A DNA stretch of 64,000 bases from Scenedesmus sp. PABB004. Lineage: Eukaryota. Positions 35,702 to 46,907 of this stretch are shown here, in pieces. The translations under genes and the position numbers were made by a program. Position 1 is the first letter of the stretch. Every line of letters begins with the position of its first letter. The notes under the pieces were generated by a model, which saw only the letters and a program-made list of their open reading frames with translations, was not told the origin of the DNA and made no database searches. The DNA lies in assembly GCA_014905635.1 (NCBI GenBank), contig JABVCE010000027.1:372001-436000 (forward strand). The letters run 5' to 3'.

Positions 35702-38143
35702 GCGTGCGGGGTGTGTGAGTGAGTGAGAGGGATGCGCGTGAGTGTGAGGGGCGGGGGCGGGGCGAGAGGGAGAGGGGGCGGCAAACAAGAAAGCGCCCCC
35801 GCCCGCACCCCCGGCCGGCGAGCTGCTCCCCCGTGGCGCCGCCGGCCGCAGCGCCGCGCCGCGCGCCGCGCCGCGCGCCGCGCCTGGTAGTTGGCGGACC
35901 GCGCGCCGAGGCCGCTCGCGACGGCGGCGCCGGTGGCGGGGTCGATGGTGCAGACGGCGGAGGTGTCGGGTATGGTGTACATGTAGGCGCGCCCGGTGTG
36001 GGGGCAGCCGCCTGGGGTTGCGGGTGGAGGGTTGTGGCGGGGCATGGGGGGGGGGGGGTGCGTGGGTGTGCATGTGAGAAGGGGGGGGGGGGGCAGGCGA
36101 GGCGCGTGTGGGCGAGGGGGTGAGGCGCGGGGGCGAGGCGCGCGCGACCGCGCCGCACCGAGCGCGACGAGCGTGGCGGGGTCGTAGGTGATGAGGCCGA
36201 TGCCCTCCGCCTGCTGGAAGCCTGGGGGGTTGGGGGTGGGTGGGGGTGGGTGTGTTTTTTTGGGGGGGGGGGGGGGGGAGGGGAGGCGTGAGCGCCGGCC
36301 CGCCGTCCGCGGGCGCCGCCGCGCCGCGCCGCCCGCCGCGCTCCCTCCTCCACGCCGCCCACCACCGCCCGCCCACCGCCCCCCCCCCCCCCCCCCCCCC
36401 CCCACCCCACACACACACGCCCACCCACCCACCCGCCCACACACACACGCACACACGCACCGATGTGTGAGAGGAAGAGGCCGATGCCGACCGCTGTCGC
36501 GAGCATGATGTGCTTGGGCACGAGCTCGATCAGCCGCCCGCGCAGGCCGACGAGGGAGATGAACCTGGCGGCGGCGGGGTTTTAGGGGGGGGGGGGTGTG
36601 GGGGGGGGGGGGGGGGGTGGCGCGGGTGTGGCGTGGTGGGGACGGGCGGCGGAGGGGGTGGGGCTGGTCGGGGCGGCGCGCGCGGCACGCGCCCCCTCGG
36701 GAACACGCGCAAAAGCGCGAACGCCGAGCTGCAGAGCCCTAAACCCCGGCTGGGCCGCTGGGCCCGCCGCCCCGGCTGGGCGCTGCTCACATGAAGATGA
36801 ACGACTCCACAAACACCGCCGCCAGGGCCTCCTGGTACGTCACCTGGGGGGGGGGGCAGAAGGGAGGGGACGGGGGTGAGCGGGCGGGCGCCGGGCGAGC
36901 GCCGCGCGACGCGTGCTGTGCGGTGCGGCGCGGTGCGCGCTGCGTGCTGCGCGCCGCACCCGGCCGCTGCCGTGGTAGCCGACGACCTGGTAGCTGCATG
37001 GTGGACGCGGGGGGGGGGGGGGGGGGGGGGGGGGAGAGAGGGTCGAGCGCGCGCGCGGGCCAGAGCGCGCGCGCGCGCGGCGCCGCACGCTGCGCAGGTC
37101 GGGGCCCTGGCGCCGCCGCTGCCCCCCCCCCCCCCTCTGGCGGTGCTCACGTGAAGTAGGCGTTGATGCCCTGGGGGGGGGGGGGTTGAGGGGGAGGGAG
37201 GGGGGCAGCCGGGCGCGTGCGCGTCAGGCGCGCGTCGCTGGCTGCCGCCGGGCGCGGCGTGCGCAGTGGCGTGCGCAGCGCAGCGCGGCGCGTGCCGGCG
37301 TGCGTGCCGGCGCGCGGGCGGCGCGGCGCGGCATGCAGTGCAGTGCAGTGCGGCATGTGCTTCGCCGCACCATGCCGGGCGCGACCGCGAGCGGCATGTT
37401 TGCGAGAAAGGCCATCATGAAGCAGCCGATGGCGCTGCTGATGCACGTGGCCGCGACGAGGCTCTGCTTCACTTGGCGCTGCGCGCGCGCGGGGCGTGTG
37501 TTGAGTGTGTGTGGGTGGGGGGGGCGTGGGCGGGTGTGTGAGTGTGCGAGTGTGAGAGTGTGTGTGTGGGGGGGGGGGCATGGCATGGGCGGGGAGAGAC
37601 AAGGGGAGACGGCGGCGGCAGGCGCGCGGGGGGCGGCGGGCGCGCGGGGGGCGGCCGCGGCCGCGCGCACCTTGCATGCGAGGAAGCCGGGGTCGTCGTT
37701 GAACTTGCACGCCGGCGTGCCCGCGGTCGGGCCCTGCACACGGCGTGGCGCGGCGCGGCGCGGCGGCGCGGGCGTGGGCGCGGCGCCGGCGTAGCGGCGC
37801 GGTGCCCGGGGAGCGGGCGGCGCGGCGGGGGCGCTGGTAGGGGGCCGCACCGTGCAGTCGGCGATGCTGCAGGTGCCGCCCGTGTCGGCGAGGATCGCGG
37901 GGTTGACGGCGATGATGTAGCAGATCTGGCGGGCGCGCGGGGCGGCGGTTTTTGTGTTACTTTTGTGCCACTTGTGTGACGTGTGGGTGGCTCGGGGGAT
38001 GCCGGGGCGCGGCGGCCCAGGAGGCCCTGCAGCGGCGGCGCGCGCGCCGCGGCGGCTCACGGTGAGGAAGGCGACGATGCCGGCGCGCAGCTCGGCGGTG
38101 AGGTAGGTGTTGCGGCCCTCGATGTCAAAGTAGGCGCCCAGCT

Positions 38144-38176
<33 letters not shown>

Positions 38177-38557
38177 CGGCGCGTGAGCAGCGGCGGCGTG
38201 AGCAGCAGCAGCGCAGTGACGCAGGCGGCGGCGGTGAGCAAGGGCGCGCCCGCCCCGCCCGCCCGGCCGGGGCGTAATCTAGGCACCAGGGCCGTCCCTT
38301 GGGCCGGCGGCCGCGGGCGAAAGCGGCGCGCGCAAAGCGTGACCACGTGGGCTGGGCATGCGATGCGCCAAGCCCGCGCGCACCTTGCTCTTGCCGAACT
38401 TTTTGTTCAAGCGGCCGAAGAAGTCCTCGGTGTAATAGTACTCCGCGTCCTTGCCGGGCGCGCCCTTCTCGCCCACCAGCGAGGGCGGGGCCGAGGGCGG
38501 AGCGCTGGTCTGGCTGGGGCGCCGCAGGTAAAACTCGGCCATCGCGGTCTGCGCCAT
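32730..38557 (-). CDS. AZG: AZG/AzgA-type adenine/guanine permease (NCS2 family), many exons; 3' end approximate
   Basis: [94 protein letters not shown] and MPLTYSIAYG. Confidence 0.93.
35591..35698. repeat. (GT)n microsatellite in an AZG intron, read as (CA)n on the sense strand next to the acceptor
   Basis: Directly visible; a shorter one lies at 34098-34139. Confidence 0.95.
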
Positions 38558-39212
38558 GGCGAACCGAGCCCAACGGGCGGCCGCGCGAGGGAGCGGGGGC
38601 CCGGCAACGGGCGTGCCGCGGCGGGCGGCGCTGGCGTCGCGGCCTGGGCGGCCGGGGGAGGGCGCTGGGCGGCGCGGTGTGCGGGCGATCGCGTCACTGG
38701 GTCGCTGGGAGCGCCGCGGGTGGTGCGGGCGGCGCGGCGAGCGGCAGTAGCCCGCGTGAACCCACGTGCGAGCAACCCTAGTTGAATGTAGGCCGCTCAC
38801 GCGGTGTGCGCGGTCCGGGGGCGCGCATGGAGGTGCGCGCAGCGCATCCAACGGCGGCGACCCCCCGGCGGCGGTGCGGCACCGCCCACGCAATCGGCGG
38901 CCACCGCTGCTCTGATCGCCCCGCTCCATTTGCCAGTCCCCACCCGTTTGCGCCCGTTTGGTTGAGCAACAGTAGTGCCGCCGCGATCATCCTGCACGGC
39001 CACAAGATCTGCCCGTTCGTTGTGAGCTGCCGCAGCGGGCGGCGTGCCGACGCCGCGCGGCGCTGCCAGCGCGCGCCGCGAGTGCGATGCAAGAGGTGTG
39101 CCCCCCAACAACCACAGTGACCCCCTCAGTTCAAGCTGGCACGTCCATCAGCCGCTGGCGCGTTTCGCGTCGAATGCCCGCTGCGGCCGACTGGCGCACG
39201 ACCCGGGCTCGC

Positions 39213-40003
39213 TCAGCCGCACCTCGCCTCGGCGCAGCGCCGCCCCCGCCGCCACGCCGTGCCGTTGACCGCGCCGCCGAGGCACGCGGCGCGGCGCTGC
39301 CCCTCCAGGCACGCCGCGCCGCCCGGCTCGCCGCTGCGCAGGCAGCACGCGCCGCGCGCCCGGCTGCAGCCCGCCGCGGCGCAGCGCTTGCCGGCGGCCC
39401 AGCCGTCAAAGCCCGGCTTTGCCGCGCACTCGGCGAACGGCAGCGCCTCGCTGCAGCTCGCCGCGCCGGCGCCGTCGGCCACGCAGCACGCGCCGAGCTG
39501 CTGCTGCCCCGCGTCCGCGGTCCGGATCGTGAGGCACGCGCCGTTGGCGCACGCCGCCGAGAGCCTGAACACGCCGTGGCACTCGCCCGCGCGCTCCGTC
39601 TCGAAGCACGTGTTGTTGAAGCAGCACGCGCCCTGCGGCGCATACGATACGAGGGAGGGTGAGGGGAGTTGGAGGGGGGAGCTGGAGGCCGCGCGCCGCG
39701 CCGCCGCTTGCCCCGCCGCCGGACGAGCGCTCACCGCCGCCTGGATGACCGCGGTCGCGCCGCGCTCGCCCGCGCCGCTGGCATCAGCGGGGGCCTGCGC
39801 GGCGGCGCCGCCCAGAAGCAGCAGGCCTGCGGGGCGGCGCGCCGGCCTGCGCGTCGGCGGCTGCCGCGCTGGGCCAGCGCCGCTGGCCAGCCGCGACCAG
39901 CTCGGCCAGCGGCCGCGCCGGCGCGCTCACCCATCAGCATCAGCGACGCGGCGACAGGCCGAACGACGTGATGGCCCGCGAGCTCAGGAATGCCTAAAGC
40001 CAT
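39213..40003 (-). CDS. Small secreted cysteine-rich protein with three GACC repeats, about 194 aa; exons 40003-39931, 39826-39735, 39632-39213
   Basis: Canonical GTGAG..CAG introns join in frame. The product has a signal-like segment (VAASLMLMGLLLLGGAAAQ) followed by GACCF.., GACCV.. and GACCL.. modules. Confidence 0.75.
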
Positions 40004-40343
40004 GGCGGGCGCGGCAGGGCGCCGCCGGGCGGCGGGCAGCGGCGAGCGCGGCGCAGCTGCTGGCGCGGAGCAGGCGGGCTGCGGCAGCGTCGGACGAGCT
40101 GCGCGTGTGCTTACTGGGCCTGTTGCCCTGACTGTGAAGGCTGCGGGCGGGGCTGACGGAAGCAAAACGGTCGGTCGCGAAACTGATGAGCTGCGGGCGC
40201 GCCCCCTGACTCGCTCTCTCGACGCAGCATCATTACCAGCTTCAGGCGTCGCTCCCGGCCGACCAGCGCGCTGCAGCGCCATTGCCGGCGCGACAGCAGC
40301 GGTGGCGGCGGGTGACGTGCCGCCCGCCGCGCTGCGCGCGCCC

Positions 40344-41910
40344 TCACAGCCGCGGCCGCGCGGCCGGCTGCTCGCCGCCGTCGATCTGGCGCCGCGCCAC
40401 GCCGCCAGCGGCGACGTAGGCCTGCTGGCGCGGCGCCGCGACGTGCGGCAGCGCGGCCAGCGTCACGCCCGGCATGCGGCCGAGCGCGGCGGCGACCGCG
40501 TCGGCCAGGGCGTCGACGTCGGCCACGGTGTGCGCGGCGGAGAGGCTCACGCGCAGGCGGCACGTGCCGGGTGGCACGGTGGGCGGCCGGATGGCGGGGA
40601 CGTGGTAGCCGCGCGCCAGCAGCTCCGCCGCGAGCGCCAGCGCGGCAGCCTCGCTGCCGACGACGAGCGGGATGACGGGGCTGGCCGCGGGCACGCCCAG
40701 GCGCGCGGACAGGCGCCGCGTGAGGCCCCACACGTGCGCGGCGCGCCAGGGCTCGCTGCGGCGCGGCGGGCGGGCGGGGCGCTCGAGGGGCGGCGGACGC
40801 GGCGGCGGCGCGCGGCGCCCCTCGTTGGCGCACGGCGCCCCTCGTCGGCGTGCGCGCGCGCGCACGCACCTGCGCGCCGCGCGCAGCGCCGCGCGCGCCG
40901 CCGCGACGACGGGCAGCGGCAGCGCGGTGGAGTAGACGAGCCCGCGGCCGCGGTTGAGCAGCAGCGCGCGCAGGCGGGCGCTGCACGCGACGAACCCCCG
41001 AGCGCGCCGGCGGCCTTGCTGAGCGTGCCGACCGTCACGTCGACGTCGCCGGGGGCCAGGCCCATCATCTGCGCGCCGCCGCCGCCGCCGGCGCCGCACA
41101 GCAGGCTCGCGTGCGCGTCGTCGACGAGCAGCTTAAACCCCCAGCGCCGCTTCAGCGCCACCAGGCCCTGCCCGCGGGCGGCGGGCGGGCGGGCGGGCGG
41201 GTGAGCAGCTCGGTCCTCGGCGCGCGGCTCAGCGCGCCGCGGCGCACGCGCCGCCGCCCTGCCCCGCCGCGCCGCGCCCCGCCGCGCACCGGCAGGTCGG
41301 CAAAGTCTCCGTCCATGCTGAACAGGCTGTCCGTGAGCACGAGGCGCCGCGCGCCGCGCGGCGCGGCGGCCAGCAGCGCGTCCAGGTGGCCCAGGTCGTT
41401 GTGTCGGTACACCGCCAGGCGCACGCCGCCGCCGCCGCGCAGCGCGAGGCGCGCGCCGTCGATGAGGGAGGCGTGGTTGAGCTCGTCGCTGAAGACCACC
41501 ACGCCTGGCTGGGCCTGCTCCTGCTGCTGCCCCTGCTGCGCCTGCTCCCGCTGCTGCTGCTCCTGAACCTGGGGCACCTGCTGCTGCTGCACCGGCGTCT
41601 GCAGCCACTGCTGCTGCGCCCACCCCCCCTCCTGCTGCGCCCGTCCGTGCTGCTGCGGCTGCTCCTCCTGCCCGCCCGCGCGCCGCGCCGGCGGCGGCGG
41701 CGGCGGCGGCGGCAGCGATGCGAGCACGCTGACGGCGGCCACGTTGGCGGCAAAGCCGGTCGGGAAGAGCAGCGCCTCCTCGCTGCCCTTCAGCGCCGCC
41801 AGCTCGCGCTCGAGCGCGCGGTGCTGCGCCGTGAAGCCGCCCACGAGCGCCGAGCTGCGCGGGCCGCACCCCACCTGGCGCGCGCGCGGCGGGCGGGTCG
41901 GGCGCAGGCA

Positions 41911-41948
<38 letters not shown>

Positions 41949-42457
41949 AGGGGCGGGCGCGCGCACGCGCACGCGCCCGCGCACGCGCGCGCACCGCTTC
42001 CGCCGCCTCTGCGGCGGCGCGCCGCACGCGCGGGTGGCTTGAGAGGCCCAGGTAGTCGTTGAGCGAAAAGAGCAGCAGCGGCACCAGCTCCCCGGACGCG
42101 AGGCCCGCCGCCGTCGCGGCGCTGCGCGGCGGCGGGCCGCCGCCGGCGTCGGGGCTGGGCGCGCCGGCCAGCCACGCGGCGTGCTCCGCAGCGTGCATGA
42201 GCGCCTGCGCGCGGCGGGCGGGGGCACTCGCTGGAGGGCGCGCGAGCTGACGCGCGGCCGGCAGCGACCAGGGGGCACCGCGCCGCGGGCGCGCGGCCGC
42301 GCGGCCGCGCGCCGCTGCCACGCCGGCGCACCCGCACGGGGTTGTCCGTCGGCACCAGCGGCCGCAGCACGCGCTCCAGCTTGGCGGAGCGGATGGCCGC
42401 CAGGCTGGCGTCCAGCCAGTCGTCCCAGGCGGCATCGCTGGCCGCCACGGCGGCCAT
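40344..42457 (-). CDS. bioF: 8-amino-7-oxononanoate synthase with apparent -1 frameshift at about 40997 and C-terminal PTS1 (PRL)
   Basis: FSLNDYLGL, LLFPTGFAAN, FSDELNHASLIDG, YRHND, TDSLFSMDGD, LVDDAHA, GTLSKA (PLP lysine), YSTALP and PAIRPPTVP..RLRVSL. Confidence 0.93.
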
Positions 42458-42769
42458 TGCGCTGCCGCCGCCGCCGCTGCTGCCGCCGCGCGTCGGGCGG
42501 GCCTCGCGATGCCTGACGTGGAGCAAATGCGAGTGGCGGACAGGCCGAAGGCGCACAGGCACGGCAGGCAGCAGCCGTCAGCGGGGAGCGGTTCGGCGCC
42601 GCCGCGGCGTCTTCTCCTGCGGGACCGCCCGGCGCCCCCGCAGTCCCCCCAGCGTCTCCCCGCGCGCCCGCCGACCAGGGGATCGCACGCCTCCCAGCCC
42701 GCCGGGGCGCTCCCGCCGCCCGCGGCGGCCGACCGCGCTCGAACGCGCCGCGCAGCGGCGATCGCGGCG

Positions 42770-45321
42770 ATGGCGGCGGCGGAGGGCCGGCCCTCCAAAA
42801 AGGTCAAGTTCTCTCCCCAGGTGAGCCGTGGCGGGAGCAGCGGCGAGCCGCGTGGGAGCAGCGAGCCACACGGCGCGGCGCGGCGCGCCGCGCCGCCGCT
42901 GCTGCCCGGCGCCCCGGCGCCCGAGCCGCGCGGCGGCCGCGCGCAGGTGGCCGTGGCGGAGTTCCACGCGGTGCCCGCCGCCGACGCCGTGACGTTCCGC
43001 CTGGTGCACGGGACCACGGCCGAGGCGCTCGGTGCGCCGCGCGCCGCTGCGCCGCGCGCCGCCGCGCCGCTGCGCCGCGCGCCGCCGCGCCGCCGCGCCG
43101 CGCGCCGCCGCCGACAGCAGCTGTCGGCGCCGTCGCGCGCAGAGCGCGAGATCGCGGCGGGCGGCCAGCCGTTTAAGGGCGAGTTCTTCAACCAGGCGCG
43201 CCGCGCGCGGCGACCACACACCCGCGCGCGGCCGGGCGCCGCGCGCTGCCGCGCCGCGCGCGCTGCCACGGCTCAGCGGCCCCTGCGCCCTGGCCGCCTC
43301 GGCCGCCCAAGCCCTGGCCGCCGCTGCGCCGCCGCTGTCGCCGCCGCCGCGCCGCCTAGGTGTTTGGCGACGCGGAGGAGATCGCTGGCTACCGTGGCCT
43401 CGCCGTCGACGTGTGGCTCAGCGCCGCGACCTTCCACGCCTGGTGTGGGGCCCCGCGCGGGCCGCGGCGGCCGGCGCCGCGCGCGCCGTGCGCGCCGTGC
43501 GCCCGCCGCTGCGGCGGCGAGCCGCTCCCGCCCGCGCCCACGCCCGCGCCCGCGCAGGGTGGACGTTCGCTTCGACGACCGGCGCCCCGGCGCTGACGAC
43601 GTGCTGACCGCGCTCGCGGCATGGTGGGCGCAGCCCTTCCTGACAGACCGCGCCGACTTTGTGTCCGCCGTGGCGGCCGCGCCGGCGCGCGAGTTTGCAG
43701 ACCTGGGGCCGGCGCTCGCGCGGCTGCCGGCGGGCGGGCCCACCGCGGCGGCGGGCGCGGCGGCCGTCGCGCTGCACCACGCGCGCCTGTCGGGCGCGCC
43801 GGCCTGGTTCAAGGTGCGCGCAGGGCGCGCGCTGCCACACGCCACGCGCTGCCGCGCCGCCGCACGCCGTCCGCCCGCCGCGCCGACCCCGCGCCGCTGC
43901 GGTGGCGCAGGAGCTGCACGCGCGCCTGGAGCCGCTGCTGATCTTCACCGTCGACGGCGCCAACCTGCTGGAGGCGGACGACCCCAAGTGGGAGGTGCTC
44001 GCCGCCGTCGCGCACGGCGCCAACGGCCGGCAGACCCTGGTGCGCGCCGCCGCGACGCGCGCGCCGCGCCCGCGCAGGGCGGCCCGCCCGGGCGCCGTCG
44101 GCTCGGGAGCGCTGCGCCGCGCGACGGTCGCGTCGTGCGCGGTGTGATGGTGTTGGTTCGAACGTGAGTCTCCCCACAGTCAATTCAAAGTCAAACTCAA
44201 ACCTCCCGCCGCGCCACCAGGTGGGCTACCTGATGCTGTACGCCTTCTACGCCTGGCCCCTCGGCACGCGGCCGCGCGTGGCGCAGGTGCTCGTGCTGCC
44301 GCCGCTGCAGGGCAGCGGCGTCGGCAAGGCGCTCCTGGCCGCGGCGTACGGCCTCGCGCGCGGCCGCGGCGCGCAGGACCTCACGGTGCGGCGCGGCGCG
44401 GCGCGGCGAGGCGTCTGCATGGCGGAGGCCGGCGGCGCCGCGGCTCACACCTGCGCCGCGCGCACACGGGCGTGGCGTCGTCGCGCGCCGCAGTTTGAGG
44501 ACCCGCCGCCGACGCTGCAGCGGCTGCGAGAGAAGCTGTCGCTGGAGATGGCCGCGGCGACGCCCTGGCTGGCCGAGGCCGCGCGCGCCGCGCTGGACGC
44601 GGCGCAGGCGGAGGAGCTGCGCCAGCGCGAGCTCGGGGCGGCGGGCGAGCAGCAGCAGGAGCCGGGCCCTGGCGGCGGCGGCCTGCTCGCGCTGCCGGGC
44701 GAGCTGGCGCGGCGGGTGAGCCGTGAGCTCAAAATCCCGCGCAACCAGGTGCCTGGCGTGTGGGAGGCGCTGCTGGTGCTGCTGTCGCCGCTCGGCGGCG
44801 GCGCGGCGCCGCCCGGGCACCCGCTGGAGGCGGCGCTCACTGAGGCGGTCGCGGCGCGCGTCGCGGCGGGCGCGGGCGCGGGCGCCGACCGGGGCCGCGG
44901 CGCGAACCGCCTCGTGTCCGTGCCGGCCAGCCGCGGCGGCGAGGACTGGTTTGTGTACCGCCCACGCCGCCGCGGCGCCGCCGGCGGCAGAGGCGGCGGC
45001 GGCGGGGGCCCGGACGGCGGCGACGGCACCGTGAGCGTCGGCCGGCACAGCGTGGCGCAGGTGAGCGCCGAAGAGTTTGGGGAGCGCCTGCAGGACGCGA
45101 CCGAGGCGCGGCTGGACCAGCTGATGGCGCTCAAGCGGGTCATGGCCGGCGCCAGCCAGGCCACCAAGGCGGCCGCCGCGGCCGCGGTGCTGCTCGCAGC
45201 GGCCGAGGCCGCGGCCGCGGCGGAGCACGCGCGCGGCGCGGAGCACGCGCGCGGCGCGGACGGCGCGGAGCACGCGTGCGGCGCGGACGGCGCGGACGGC
45301 GCCGCGGCGCCGTCCTCGTGA
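42770..45321 (+). CDS. HAT1: Histone acetyltransferase type B catalytic subunit
   Basis: FFNQVFGDAEEIAGYRGL, LEPLLIFTVDGAN..DDPKWE, RPRVAQVLVLPPLQGSGVG (acetyl-CoA motif A) and DLTFEDP..LQRLR. Confidence 0.88.
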
Positions 45322-45470
45322 GGGCTGGCGCGCGCTGCGGCAACCAGGGCGGGTTGCCTGCACGCGCCGCGATCGGCACCAGCACAGCGCCGCCGAAACC
45401 GCTGCGCCGCCGCCGCTGCCGCGGTCCAGCGGTCTGCCGCAGGCGCCGCCGCGACGATCGCGTTCGGTCG

Positions 45471-45475
45471 TGTAA
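45471..45475 (+). terminator. TGTAA poly(A) signal for HAT1
   Basis: Chlorophyte UGUAA signal 150 nt after the stop codon. Confidence 0.6.
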
Positions 45476-45634
45476 AGCCCGACACACGGGTCGGAGGGCG
45501 CGGCACGAGCTCGGAGGTCACACCCGCGGGCAACAAATCCCCCCGCGCAACCTGAAAGCCGGACACGCCGCCAGGCAGTCCCCTCAGTCTTGTTTCCGCG
45601 TCTCCGACCGCTGCGGAGGCGCTGCGGGCGGCCG

Positions 45635-46876
45635 ATGGGCCAGGCGGCCAGCAGTCCGGGGCAGCAGGCGCGCACGGCGGGCTGGCGCGGCCCTGGCGCG
45701 GGGCGGGGCCGCCCTGACGCCGCACGCCGCAGGCGCAGGCGCGCGGCGGGCCGCGCGAGCCGCCGACGACACGGCACACACACCGCCACCGCCGCTGCTG
45801 CCGCTGCTGCTGCCGCAGGAGGTCGACCTGCGCCGCCACGCGTCGGCCGCCGACCTGCTCGCCGCGCCGCTGTGGTTCTATGACCCCGTCGGCGGCGCCA
45901 ACCTGTGGGGCAACCGCGCGGCGCGCGCGCTGTTCGGCGGGCTCGGCCAGGCCGCGTTCTGCGCGCCGCAGGCGCCCGCGTGGCGCGCCGCCGGCGGCGA
46001 CGCCGCGGGCGAGCAGTGGGCGCGCAGCAACGAGGCGCTGCTCGCGGGGCTGCAGGCGCAGCCCCGTGACGGCGGCGGCGGCGGCGACGCGACGCTGCAC
46101 GCCGGCTGCGGCCACGGCCCCGCGGCGGGCTTCCTGCCGCTGCCGGCGGGGCAGCCCGCGCTGACGGCGCGCCTGAGCGCGTGCAGCGTGGTCGCGCGCA
46201 AGCGCAGCCAGCCGGCCTACCTGGTGCAGGTGCTGCCGGAGCCGGCGGCCCGGCCGGCGGTCAAGCCGCAGCTGCAGCTGTCCCTGCACCTCGATCAGCG
46301 GCTCGACGGCGGCGCCGGCGACGCGCCGCCGCAGACGGGGCCGTGGCCCCTGCTCGGCGCGCGGTCGGGCAGCGTGAGCCGGCGACTCGCGGGCCTCGGC
46401 GGCAGCAGCAGCCGCAGCTTCGGCCCCGCCTCGCCGCCCAGCGTGCACAGCCTCGCCACCACCCCGAGCGGCGCGCGCCGGCCGCTCGCGTCGGCGCTCG
46501 AGCCGCGGCGCAGCCTCGAGCAGCGCGCGTCCGCCGCGTTCTCCGCCACCGGCAGCGGCGGCGGCGGCGCCGGCGGCGGCTGCGACGCGGCGCCGCCGGA
46601 CGCGCTGCGCAGCCCGAGCCTCGCGCTGCCGCTGCTGCCGCCGGCGGAGCTCGCCGCGCGGCAGGCGCGGCTGACGGGTATGATTGACAGCCACCCCATG
46701 TTTCACTTCCTCTTTGACGACGCAGGCAACCTCCTCGCCGCCAACCGGCGCGCGCTCAACAACATGCGCGGTGCGCCGCGCCGCGCCGCCGCGCCGCCGC
46801 GCCGCCGCTGCACAAGCGCGCCGCGCCGCCGCGCCGCCGCTGCGCAAGCGCGCCGAGCGCGCCGCGCGGTTCGAGC

Positions 46877-46907
<31 letters not shown>

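Noticed and set aside
44145..44180. tRNA, snoRNA or Pol III element suggested by GGTTCGAAC and TGATG in a HAT1 intron
   Set aside because: No cloverleaf and no matching D box or terminal stem could be built.
45220..45300. AEHARG/ADG repeats at the HAT1 C-terminus
   Set aside because: A short local tandem duplication in a disordered tail; no functional signal.
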